Below are positions 1 to 11,961 of a stretch of 64,000 nucleotides of DNA, one piece after another; positions within the stretch are counted from its first letter, which is position 1, and the number at the start of each line of letters is the position of its first letter. The position numbers and the translations under genes were made by a program. This DNA is from Tubulanus polymorphus. Lineage: Eukaryota > Animalia > Nemertea. Location: the NCBI RefSeq assembly GCF_964204645.1, contig NC_134027.1:10014485-10078484 (forward strand). The letters are read 5' to 3'. Under the pieces are notes generated by a model. The model saw only the letters and a list, made by a program, of their open reading frames with translations. It was not told where the DNA came from and searched no databases.

Positions 1-732
1 TGCCCTTAAATTGATGAGCTGTTCAAAGTGGGCCCCGAATCCACCCTTACATTCGTTGGTTTTAGTCTTAAGATTCCATTCATGTCTTACTAATCACTTG
101 AACAGCCAAAGTGGATTGATGAAAAAGTGGATTGATATTACCATTCTTTTTCAAAGCATCTGTTCAACCCAAACTTACAATAAATGATACTGGTCTGCTG
201 GTCTTTTCAAGTGAAGTTGACTGAACAGCAACAAAACTGAATTTCTATTTTAAAAAGGGCATTGAGGGGTGATTTATCGGACAAAAAACCTGTACATATT
301 TGTATTTTGTCATCATTCCAGTTTCTATGGTATAATATTGTAGATAAATTGTCACGCATTTGTCGCATTTGAGCAGACTATATGGTGTTCGAGATTTTTC
401 ATTTCGTTTGCGGCTGTGTGACTTTTTTGCCTCGTGCCTTACGTATCTGTGATGTGAACAAAATGAACATATATCTTTCTATCAGTCAAGATTTTTAACT
501 GTGAATGAACCAGAAGAAACCTATTTTAATGTAAAACTTCGATTATGTAATAGTGGACAGTTCTTAAAACCGGCCCTCGTGTTGGGGGGACAGATTAACT
601 TTCCATCGTTAATTCATATGAATTATGCTGCATCTATACTGCAAATTCTCGGTAAATCTTATCACTAGAAGCAGAAACCAGGTTCAGAAAAGTGTGTTCA
701 ATTGCAGTAAACCAATAGTAATGTCACTATAC

Positions 733-1082
733 AACCACGTCTACGCTAACTCGTTGAACCCGGGTTTTGATGTACCCAGATTCAACAAAAACCTACGTTT
801 GCAATGAGTAGCATCTACACTTTTCTGAGCTTCAGTTATACGAATTCACATTCGCGTTCAAGATCAAATTGTAGTGCCTGAACGCTGCACTGAACATGGG
901 TTTACTGTCTACACCAGAGTTGAGTTTTACACAGTTTTATTGCAGGTTCAATGCAGAGTTTACCCTTCTTTTTCAAGAGGGATGTATTAAAACCTGGGTT
1001 TTGCGGAAAACTCTGCGTTGCCGTGTTTCGAGCACAGTGTAAACACGTAAACACGTATAAGAAGCAAGTGTAGACGTAGCTT
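733..1082. mobile_element. MITE with GCTACGTCTACAC-type TIRs
   Basis: AACCACGTCTACGCT ... AGTGTAGACGTAGCT, with internal AACCCGGGTTTT/AAAACCTGGGTTTT repeats. Confidence 0.55.
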
Positions 1083-2099
1083 ACATGTACGAAATGGACA
1101 GTAGTGTTTGAACTGTAAATATATCACCAACTAAGTGAATCTCTGAGTTGAAGTGAATCTCTAAGTGGTCTGAGTTGACCCGATACTAAGGAAGGAGGCT
1201 ACTGTTCTAGGCAGCAACTCGTATTATTCGCGTAGAAATTAACTATGTGTAGACGCCACTTCAGAAAAATCCATTTCAATCCTTATCAGAATTATATTGG
1301 TAATTCACAAATCAAATCTATGTCTGCTGCTCGTGGAATTAATGATACTCACTCAGAAGAAGAAAGCAAAGTCAATTTGATTACGAGGTTTCGCCCAATA
1401 TTCGTTTACTGGTACCTGTAATTGCTTGTTTAAGTGGCATGCCTTTTTGAAAACCTTGCCTGCATTGAACTAACCTGAAAGCAACTGAATTTGTTTTCTC
1501 ATTTTTAGTAGTTCTTTCATTATTGGCGCTTGTATCCGGAGTGTAAAACAATAAAACTGGTTTCTGTTTTTTTGACGATGTTTTTGACAATATTTGTACT
1601 AATAAATTTGGATATATATGTTCATAACAATAATAATATTACTAACTGGGATGGATGTGAACAAGGTACGTTATGGATACTGAAATATTACATATTTATG
1701 ACGAAATTTTATTATCTGTGTCTCATTCTTATTGCCCAACAATGCTTGATCCTTGCTAACGGATATTTGTCCTTATGGGGTAACAGTTGTATAATTGCTT
1801 TAATTTCTACTATTTCTAGGTATTGAAAATTCTAGAATATTTGAATAACGAGATATTTTATCATGCCCCAGATTTGTATCTACTCCGTTCGATATATTCA
1901 AAACGCTGCTGCTTCGTGGGTACAATGAAGTGCGACAGAATGCAATATGTCAAACATATGTTCGTAGCCAAATTCAAAAGTTAATCAAGTTTTTACCTGC
2001 CTCTGAAACATGTACCTCGGGTGTTTTTTTTTTGGTTAAGTTCTTTGCAATACATATCATAGCTCAAGAAACCTGCATAATCTGAAGTCAGATCAAGAC

Positions 2100-2350
2100 C
2101 GGCGTTGCACATCTAGGGCTAACTTTGGTTATCGGAGTTAGTTGACTATAGTCGAACTAAGTAAAACGGAATTTCAGTTAGTCGGACCTATAGTCCGTAA
2201 ATGGTCGTCCACAGGATTGAGTACGGTTGATGTCGTTCAGAGCTATTTCCAAGATGGCCGACACTGAAATATGTTACGACCGAACTAAGTGCATTCGATT
2301 ATTAGTTCCGACCACTAGTCAACTAGCTACGAAACAGAAGTTCAACTAGG
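2100..2350. mobile_element. Palindromic MITE remnant
   Basis: GTTAGTTGACTATAGTCGAACTAA near the left end is matched by TTAGTTCCGACCACTAGTCAACTAGC near the right end. Confidence 0.5.
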
Positions 2351-3399
2351 CGAATCTAATAACGATTCGGCTGATCTGATTTGACTACTTTATTGTGCCA
2401 AAGATACACCGTGGCTCGATACTCGCTGCCTTCTCAGAAATATCGACGAAACATATACCATAGTTCTGCACTGATTAATTAGCATAGTTATATCATTACT
2501 ACTGGTATATGAAATTACATATGTACAAATGTAATATATATATATGTATTGTGTTCGAAAAGTATATTGTAATTAATTGGATGTATATTTGTTATTAATT
2601 GTACGTGTATGATATCTTAATGTTGGTTCCTGCTGGCAGGTTGCCGACATTGTCATATTATCAATATGCAGACTTATGTTTTAGCTACTCGGCAGCGCGT
2701 GAAAGCTGAAAAATTATATTTAAGCAGTTAACATAGTTAATTCAGATAACGACTGAATCAAATGTAGTGATGTAAAAATCAAAAAATCAATAGTACACAG
2801 GCATGTCAGTAAATGAAAGTTGACAAGAATCGTTATTAATTTGTCCGGATATGATAGGCTATAAGGATGTCATAGGCTGGATTTGACTGTTGTTTCTAGT
2901 CACTTACATCAGTCAAGAGCTCAGGTCATCTGAATCAATAAGCACCTGGCAGGCATTTATAACTTGAGGCATGTGAGCTGACCTAATCATGCTTTTCAAA
3001 CTACTAGGGTGTTCTTTGGCGAGTCCTTACTTGATTCAAATCCTTGATTCAAAAAAGAAGAATTTTTGCCCGGCAGCTATATACGCATACGTGAACGTAC
3101 AAATGAAGCAGTTCATTTTGAATATATTCGACGAATTTTGTTCATAGAATAGAATACGGTAGCGTTGCTTGTACACATGTATGTTGTAATCATCTGTTGG
3201 ATCATTTTATTCGTTTCTTATTTGTAGAGAGCTCGTAATGTCAAACGCTAGGATGTGCAAGCGCTCCCTCGAGATAATATTGGGTTCGCGTAAACAACTC
3301 TTGATATTGGATGTTTCGTCCCCCGGGAAACCTGTGGTCACTGTTGCAATACCTTCAAGTGTTAACGTACCTCGGTTATCTATGTGTTGTTTTTTTTCC

Positions 3400-3920
3400 A
3401 ACATGAAAAAAAAAATGACCGCGAAACGCATTCCAATAAAAATGTTTGTTAAAAGTGTGGTTGGTAAGGATTCGCGTATGATGGAATCGAGTTCATATTT
3501 GCGAATATGTGTACACTCTGGTTCAGAGGGAGTTGTTATTCTGTGGGCAAAAAGTGTCCGGGTATGTAAAGCCTGCCGTGTTTTCGACAAAGTGAGAAAA
3601 GTATTCTGCAAGTGATGTTCATTCGATCAATCCATTTTGATTACGTAGTGATTTTGACACATTGGGAAGTTGGCTTGTCCGAGATTCAAATTTATTTTAA
3701 AATCATTTTTGCATTGAGTTGACCCCTTTCAAAGCGTTGAATTTTTTACTTAAGGAATTTGAGTGCATGTTTTGGCGGCGCTTTAATTCATACATTTGGC
3801 TGGTGACCTTTTGGCGGTGTTTTCGTGAAAAGACGCAATTTGCAAATGAAACATATTTTCCGAGTGATATTATCAGTTCAAATCTCGTTTATGTTAAACC
3901 TAGATGCTTAAAAAATTTAC
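3400..3920 (-). mobile_element. Possible highly decayed LINE (CR1/L2-like) 3' fragment
   Basis: Frame-shifted minus-strand peptides FFKHLGLT, KIQRFERGQ and IIRESLP occur in the order expected for the region downstream of the RT core (FKYLGV, LERVQR, IREWNSLP). Weak, recall-based. Confidence 0.25.
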
Positions 3921-6900
3921 AGCTAATTTACATGTAGTAGACAATTAATCTATCATCGTTACCAGTATTTCTTCGTAGAAATGAAATACATGTGCACGAA
4001 TACATAAACATGTATTTGTATATCAGACCTGTGCACCACTTTCAGGCTTTTCTCTCCTGAAGATTAGTATCAGAAACATTACAAATTTTTCCGAATCAAT
4101 TTTAATTTGATAGGCGTTACCATACTGAATGTTTGTCATCAAATTACTTTTGGTTTTGTTTAATATCGGTCAGGGTAGGCGAGTCTAATGATGTGCACAA
4201 GTGGTACATGTACATACATTCATCCTTGCCTGCTTTATCTATCTAACATAGTACATATATACAATATTTTGTTGTCTTTGCTTCCCTTCACCACAAGGTC
4301 ACCTGCTTTAAGTCTACAGCCAAATGCTAATCATTCATTGACCATTGACGTGTATTATAATGATTCATTTTGGTTTGAGCCAAATAGGGAACTTGTAGGC
4401 CATGTGCATGTAATTTATGAACTTTCCTTATTCAATTACATCAATAATACTTATTTTAGCTACCTGGGTATTAATATAACTTCAATTTGTTCATCGCTGA
4501 TAGACCATGATCTCGCTCTAAAATGGGCCGTGTTCATTTGAAAACCAGTTACCTATCTTTCATACTGGAGGTTTATGTTATTGCATTGAATGCTTTGGAT
4601 TCATCGATATAAATTTGTGATGTTAAGAAATACTCGCGTGCTATTGTCATAAACAACTGTGTAAATCATATGTCTCCAAATTGGACTATGATTTTAGTTA
4701 TGGTAAGCAAGGTATAAGTAAGATATTCCATGAATTAATTTATCAAGTAGCGGAACCCCAAAAACTATCGTATTTAATTTTTTCCCTTAAGATACTTACA
4801 GATAATGACCATATTTGATATGTAACACATTTCGCTCGTTATCCAAAATTGTCCACTGCGAACAAGATTCTATTGTTGTTAGCTTACCATAACTTCATCT
4901 CCTTATTTCAGTGGCATATATTAAGCTTTCAGCGTAGTTTTGATTGTATCACTATCAATTCTTGTACACTCTCATATCATTGTGGTTAATAATGAATTAT
5001 ACAGTTATTTTCTATGTATAAGAACTCTAGTCGTATCATCATTTTACAGTTTCTCGGTGTATTTTTCAACTATTAGTCCAATCATGCATAGTGATACTTA
5101 AAAAAAGACATAATCAGTGTTTTACAAATTTTTTATTTTGTTTTGTTAACCAGTTTATCCTCAGATGATCTCGCATTATTTTTTCAGTGATACCCCAAAC
5201 TTTTCATATGTATAATCGATGTAACGTTTATTTGACACTTTAACGGATGATTATCTAGTGATTCAGCGGTACAAATGTTTCCTCGACGTATTTATTATGT
5301 TTACTTTTAGTTCAGAGTGAAATCCTTCAGGATGGTTCCGAGTGAAATCCTTTCGAATGTATGACATTTAATTGAAATTATATGTACTTTCTATTTCACC
5401 ACATAATCATCGATTTTGAATCGCTCTCAATGTTGTTACATTATCGATTTCGATGATGAATTATCTTTCGTTCGCTTTTAAGAATGGTGTAACGAGTGTC
5501 AAATCGTGATTTTCCGTAGATTTTAGATGTACTTTCTGTGTGTACTCAAGTGTCGGTAATTGTACTCGAGGTGCATAGACTTTTTAAATTTTGAAGCATC
5601 ACGATCCACCTTTTGTTTACTACTGCCATTCATGCATATATAACGCTTTCTATAATGGTGCTTCTCGTGCAGTATTATGTATTTTTCTCTAAATGACATT
5701 ATTTCGTTGGTACTTTTTGACTTTGGTCTCGTGTATTTTTCACTCGCATCTCTATCATCGTTGCATGTTATCCGTTTTGTAGATAAATCAATATTATTAT
5801 ATGAAACCCCATTTGGCTCTTAAACTTGACCGTTGCAAGGATTGTTCAATTGTGCAATAAAAATGAAGATATTATTAATTGATGGATACGTTGCTCGTTT
5901 CTTTTTTCCATCATCTGGCTCGAATTTCATCGATCCTACAAGGGAAAGCCTGTCACGCATGGAGGGACAATATTACATATAAGAAGAGGCTGGTTCAAAT
6001 TCTGCAACTTCTACGTAGATTTCACAGGGACGTGTCACAATTGATAGTGAATGATTGAATATACCAGTATCAATGAACAGCTCCAGTATCACTGTATGAT
6101 ATGTTTTTATCATGCAGTTACCAGGATACTCAGACCCCTATCATTGGTCTTACTCATTATGATAAATCGTGACAAGTCCCTGTGGTAGATTCATCAGATT
6201 TACCGGTATGTAGATTAAGCTTGATGCTCTTCTACCCTTGAAGCCAGAAAGATATCACGTTTGGTTACTGTACAACCAATCGACCTAGTTTTCCCGTGCG
6301 GTCTATTTGCTTTGTTTTGTCCATTGGTTACTCCATCCCCTCCATTCTTAGACTGATCTCAAACAGTCTCACTATGCATTTAGGTGCTGGAACAAAGACG
6401 CTATGAATTGAAAAAATTGTGCGTATAATCAATGTGTTATCATCCACTGTTGATCGCTAGAGCTCAAGTTGATCCAGCACCTTATGCTACCACATGCCTG
6501 CTTTTGCAGGTAGCATTAGCTTCAACCTCATCAATACCTCACCCTCAATCAGGCCAGTAGCGCGACTGATCTTATGGGCAGTTGGAAAAGAAAACAGCAC
6601 AGGAAGGAAAAAAATCTGCATCGTGACAACAGTACATTATAGGACAAGCGAGGGACTTAATTCAATTTCTGCAAATTCATTCTTTCGGAAAGCTTTTGGA
6701 CCTTTTAGGATGTTGGGCAGTTCGTCGTTATGCTCTAAACCTACACACTATAAGCCTACCAATGAAATCCATAAGTCCAAGTCAGATTTACTAACAAATG
6801 CACACCGATACATCCTTATCTATAAAATCTTTTATTGACTGAAAAATTACGATGAAATGTCCTATTTCATTACATCAACCCCTTTAACACAATATCCATC

Positions 6901-8109
6901 ATATTTTCTGTTTTTAGTGGTTGGACTGTGACAGGACAAAATATTTTTCAAACGTTTTAATATTAAGTAGAACCCCATTGAACTACATAACATCAATAAC
7001 ACAACTGAACTCCTGAAAATTAACATGAATTCAATTGAGCCGATTTCAGATACGTGCCCCTTCTAGCTTTTTGGTGGTGAGACCAGACTATTCGTTGACC
7101 TATTGCATTCGCCTATACATAGGTACAGGTAATGTATACAAATAAATTATAACGGACATTAACACAACCCGGTCAACAAATTCCAAAGTATATAGTGTGT
7201 ACAATCTTCATTATCGATGGCACTTTTCACATAGATAAAGAGTTAAACATCACACGTGAACAATCTAGTACAGAATAGAAGAGAATGGAAGTCAACCAGC
7301 AGTTAGATTAAAAGATGTAAAGAGGGGTCCACAGGGACACCATGCCCATTTGGGAAGTAGTACTGAAATGCTCAACAAGATTCAACAGCACATACAGAGA
7401 CTTATAATCGAATATCTCAGACGAGTAGACTTAGTATTTACCGTACTGATATCAAATTCTTAAATGCCACGACATAAGATAAATCGAAATACGTGACAAA
7501 GACTTTTACGTCATCCGAAATTCCAGGAAACACTGATTGAAACTCAAGATTGCGTAATCAAACAATGCCAACTTATCATGATTCAGTCGTTCAGCCCTTA
7601 CCTTATGCAAAGACTTTTAATTTCATGTCTCGAGAATCTGGTATCGATTAGGTTTAAACCCTGTTACAAACCCTCAAAACTTGTAGTACAAAGCCTTGAA
7701 ATTGTCATAGAGATATCGCAATAGACTTATCAAAATTTTGTAACAACTTATCCGAGGAATAAGTTCGCAAAATGAAAAGAAAATCATGGAAAGTTGAAAT
7801 AATACGTTGAATGTTCTGGAGATCAAAATAAATTAGTAACAACACGCAAGCGATCACACCGACGAGAACACTGCATCGATTCCAAAGTGTCACTGAGCAA
7901 CGAAATGACGCGAACACTGACTGCAGTGCGGAAGTCGGTTATTGCTGAAATCAGAACCGCAAAGTTCTGCACATCACCCATATTGACCTGCGATCGTATT
8001 CTCCGCGTACTCAAAAGAGAAAATGAGTACGAAATGAACGATGAATCGAACGAACGATGGAACTGTACAAATAAAAATGTTTTTTTACATCTGCTAAATA
8101 TCTACAACA

Positions 8110-10248
8110 TTATAACTCTTCCTTCTTCTTTCGGGCGGCATACGCCTCCGGGTCGTTTTCAGGCATCAATTCCATGATACGTTTAATGTAATCGGACTTT
8201 TCTGCACATCCGCGACAGTCGGCATCCCAGTCGGAGAGTATCTTCTTCAACTCTTTCACTTTCATCTTGCGGAAGTTCGCATTCACCAAGTCGATCTTCT
8301 TCTCTGAAAGGCAATGGGTAATATTGTATATTTAGTTACTAAATCCAAATTCAGCTACTGTCACGAGAAGTTAAGCATTTGATCTGGATCAGTTGGATTT
8401 AAGTAATTCCGACCGGTTACAATGAAATCTAAAATGAATTGATGCAGGTGGACTATAAATAATATCCGGGTATGATTGAAATTAGGATTAAGTGGGTGTT
8501 AACCACGATCTCTCAACATGGCTGTGAATTCCAAGCCCTCGGGATCTAACCTTAGGTCAACCATCAACAAAACTGGATTCAGTCCCACTGAGAATAAAGT
8601 TTACAATCAAAACTTTAAGTTAATTTCCAGTGATCTAATAACTCAAAAGTCGAATTTAAACGCACTGAACCGTGAAATCGGTTTTCCATCAAGGCTTCAC
8701 TTTAGGAGTATTCAAGTTTTGAACTGAGGTCATGTACAGAAATGTATGAATAAACATACCTATACCCAGTGACATACGTATAGTCTAAGTAGGCCATACG
8801 CCAATATAGATAGAATGTTGGGGTCAATGCTATGAGATATAAGATAAGGCAATCTGAACTCATTTACTATAAGTACCACTATGAGAACTCAGTCACTGGC
8901 CGGTGTAAGCTTTTCATTGCCTAGGAAATCCTCTTCACTTCAGAGCAATCAGCAATTCAAGACATTAATTTATCTTAGACCCATGCAGTATGAAATCTGG
9001 TACAGCCTAACTCGCTTAAGTCATCATCAGACAAGTTGTCATAACAAGTCGTCACTATTTTTTGTCCGTATTATTTTCCAATTCATTCTTCTGAGTGTAA
9101 GCCATCATTTGGTTGAACATAATATGACGACCCCAACGACGACTTTGAATTTATTCAGAAATTCACAAATGTTCAGGTGTACACTTACCATACTTGAGGT
9201 CGCAAATTTGACTATCTTTTTCGTAAAGTTTCTCGCAAGTTTTCGTTGGAGGCATTGTTAAACTGACTGGACGGGTCATTACATTCAATATCGATGTCGC
9301 AGAATCTTTCGTTCCACCGATATAGTAACACTACAAGATAAGATATCAAGTTGAATGATCAAATATGATTTGAAAGCTATGGAACTAAAAATTAGTAACA
9401 AACTGAAGAAATAGTCTGGAAATTGTCGGATGCAACGAAAATGGGCAAACAAATAATACAATCGGGGGTTTTTCATTAACTAACCCTGATGGTCTTTTAA
9501 TATAGGGTCACTCACTTAATTCACTATTCATCTTCTTAAATTCAAAGTCCTAGAGATGCAATTGACTACAGAACCTTACTGGCAGTAAAAAATATCCCAT
9601 TATCCCCACTGAAGATTTATCAACAAATCAAAAAGTATTCTATTTGCGGATTTGCTTCAAAAGGAAATACCAATTGGTAGCACCAGTAAAAGACTAGTTC
9701 ATATATTCAATACATCATCAGTAATTTATTAGATGGGAACTTAAAAAAGGATGTATAGTTAAATCTTGACTACCGTATCTGATTATTTCAACTGCCAAGT
9801 AATTATTTTTCTGGGAAGCAAAATTCGGGCAGAAAAACTATTGCTTACAAATCTTTCTTCTTTGCTGCCTTTCTTCAATTTTTCACAAAACTTAACGAAT
9901 TCAGTTCTGATCTTGCTTTGATCGCTTCTGCTGGTTAAAGTTTTTTCGAACTTTTCCATCACCCCAACACATACTGAAATACAAGATATTACAAGTGAAG
10001 TTTATGAAAAAAAACTAGCAAGTAATCAATTAGACAGAAAGGAACAGTCTCGTTTTTCTTAATCGTTATACTGAGAATCTACTTTTCAGTAAAGCTATAA
10101 ACAACTATTTAGCTAGATTTTACATTTTCGTTTTGCCTTGATTTTTACCTTCACAATTTTCTTTGGTGATCTTCTTCGAAAATGAATTATCGATCAATGC
10201 ACAGATTGCAGCAACCACCAGGGCTACTAAATTCGTCGAAAACTTCAT
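8110..10248 (-). CDS. MANF: Mesencephalic astrocyte-derived neurotrophic factor (MANF/ARMET/CDNF family), 4 exons
   Basis: Exons 10248-10149, 9973-9849, 9330-9189 and 8303-8110, all GT-AG and in frame. The translation starts with a signal peptide [18 protein letters not shown], then CEVC...FC...[17 protein letters not shown]...[22 protein letters not shown]...[25 protein letters not shown], and ends KEEL*. This gives the saposin-like cysteines, a SAP domain with CxxC, and a KDEL-like ER retention signal. Confidence 0.95.
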
Positions 10249-10884
10249 ATTAATTGGAATGAATGAACTACTATCACTTTTTTCTGCTCACGCTGCTAAA
10301 CTGTTTCTTATATGCACCACAGTCTCATCAAGTCAACGTACATATACTTCTCAGTAACACATGTGTACATCGAATCGAAAATACAGTTGGCGCTCGATCA
10401 TTGGTCCATATCACCCACGTGTTTTTGGCGGCATTTTATTTCCGGGTTTACAGCGCTACCTAACTGACATTTCAGAAACTATATCCAATTCAATTAGCCG
10501 TTTATTACTTGCAAATATCACTCGAGGATATCGTTTCGCGCACATTCAAGAAATGAAATGATATTTCGAAATTACCAAACAAAACATCGAGTAACACTAG
10601 TCTTGTGGAAAGGAGTTAAAAGTGGAACCGTATCTGGAATCCCACTTGGTGGCAGCACTCTACACTCCTCACGATTCTCTGCGGGCTTGGCCACCGATTT
10701 TGTTCGTTTTTGAATCTTTATATGTGATGAAAAACTGAGCGTTGATTATAATTATGAGCTTGTTAGAGCCGTGTAAGCCGACAGGCTTGTTGATAATTGA
10801 TCTAGGTGTTTAAAGTGCTGCCATCTGTGAAAATTATTCATTACTCATCCGGGAACCTGGTCTTCAACATGGCAGCCAACATCG
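10249..10884. promoter_or_regulatory. Divergent (head-to-head) promoter region of MANF and HUWE1, including a probable non-coding HUWE1 exon 1 ending at 10884
   Basis: MANF ATG at 10248 (-). TATA-like TATAAGAA on the minus strand near 10304-10312. ATTGG at 10400 and CCACGTG at 10415. AACATGGC (YY1-like) at 10866, followed by the donor G|GTGAGT at 10884/10885. Acceptor TTTCTTTGCAG ends at 11897, upstream of the HUWE1 ATG. Confidence 0.6.
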
Positions 10885-11961
10885 GTGAGTTAGCGAATAT
10901 TTAACACAGAAAATAACTCATTCATTACGAAATTTACCGTGCTTAATTAGTTACATAGTCGTCGGTGTTCAGCTTTTCAAACGGGTTAGGGTTGTAGCCA
11001 TGCTTCCCCGTCATAGCAGTTCAGCCTGAGTTCAGGGGAAATAAGTGCGGGTTCTTGTATTGTATTTTGTGTGTAAAAAAGACGTTAGATACTAAGTCAC
11101 ACCATCATCCACCAAGCCCAGGCAATGTCCGATTCCGCTTATGTGAGACGAGAGAAGAGGCGCTAACATCAACTCGTACCGCTATTACTATTTGCAGACT
11201 GATGAACCGTCAGTTAAAAATTAAAATCAGTCTCATTAATGAGATGCCTACATGAGACAGGTTCTCCCTCTTTTGTTTTTTCTTGTGAAATGGAATTGCC
11301 TAATGAAAAGATATTTAAAATTAGAATTTAATATCCGGACAACAAATGCCAGTCATCCTTATCATTGAGATGACTAAATTTACTGAAATGAACTGAGAAT
11401 ACATGAAATATGGATAGCATTTTGGTTATTTGCCTGTTTTAGATAGATCTATCTAATTGAATTAATCATTGACTATTAATTAGTATTAGTAAAAGTACCA
11501 TGGTGCAACTGGTGTGTCTATTTTACAGTGACTTTATTTTCATTGACGTGTAAATACAGCAGTGAAGGTCAGGTTAGGCTCCACTGAATTTATGCCATTT
11601 AGGAGTTCATTGAGAGTTAGTGCCAGTATAACCATTACTGCCTATATTTTACGTATTTTGTGGACTATTTATGAAAAATTAACCTTTAAGGTTTTCTTAG
11701 ATAAGATTGTCGATCAATTGAAATAAATATTATTTTTACCGAGATGATCTGAAGTCAATATATACTGTATTTTAAAACACCTAATTATGTCAAAAGTAGA
11801 TTGATGATTTTACTTCTGCAGTGAGTTGAAATTATTATGAATGAATATTTACGACTGCAGTTCAATTTATCAATGACCGTGAAAACTTTCTTTGCAGGCT
11901 GAAATGTGGTTATGAATAACGTTTGTTCGTAGTTAGCTTAAATACATATAAAATCATCGAT

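Noticed and set aside
3207-3615. Overlapping 134-aa and 125-aa ORFs
   Set aside because: No recognisable host-protein motif or splice context; at best part of a decayed LINE.
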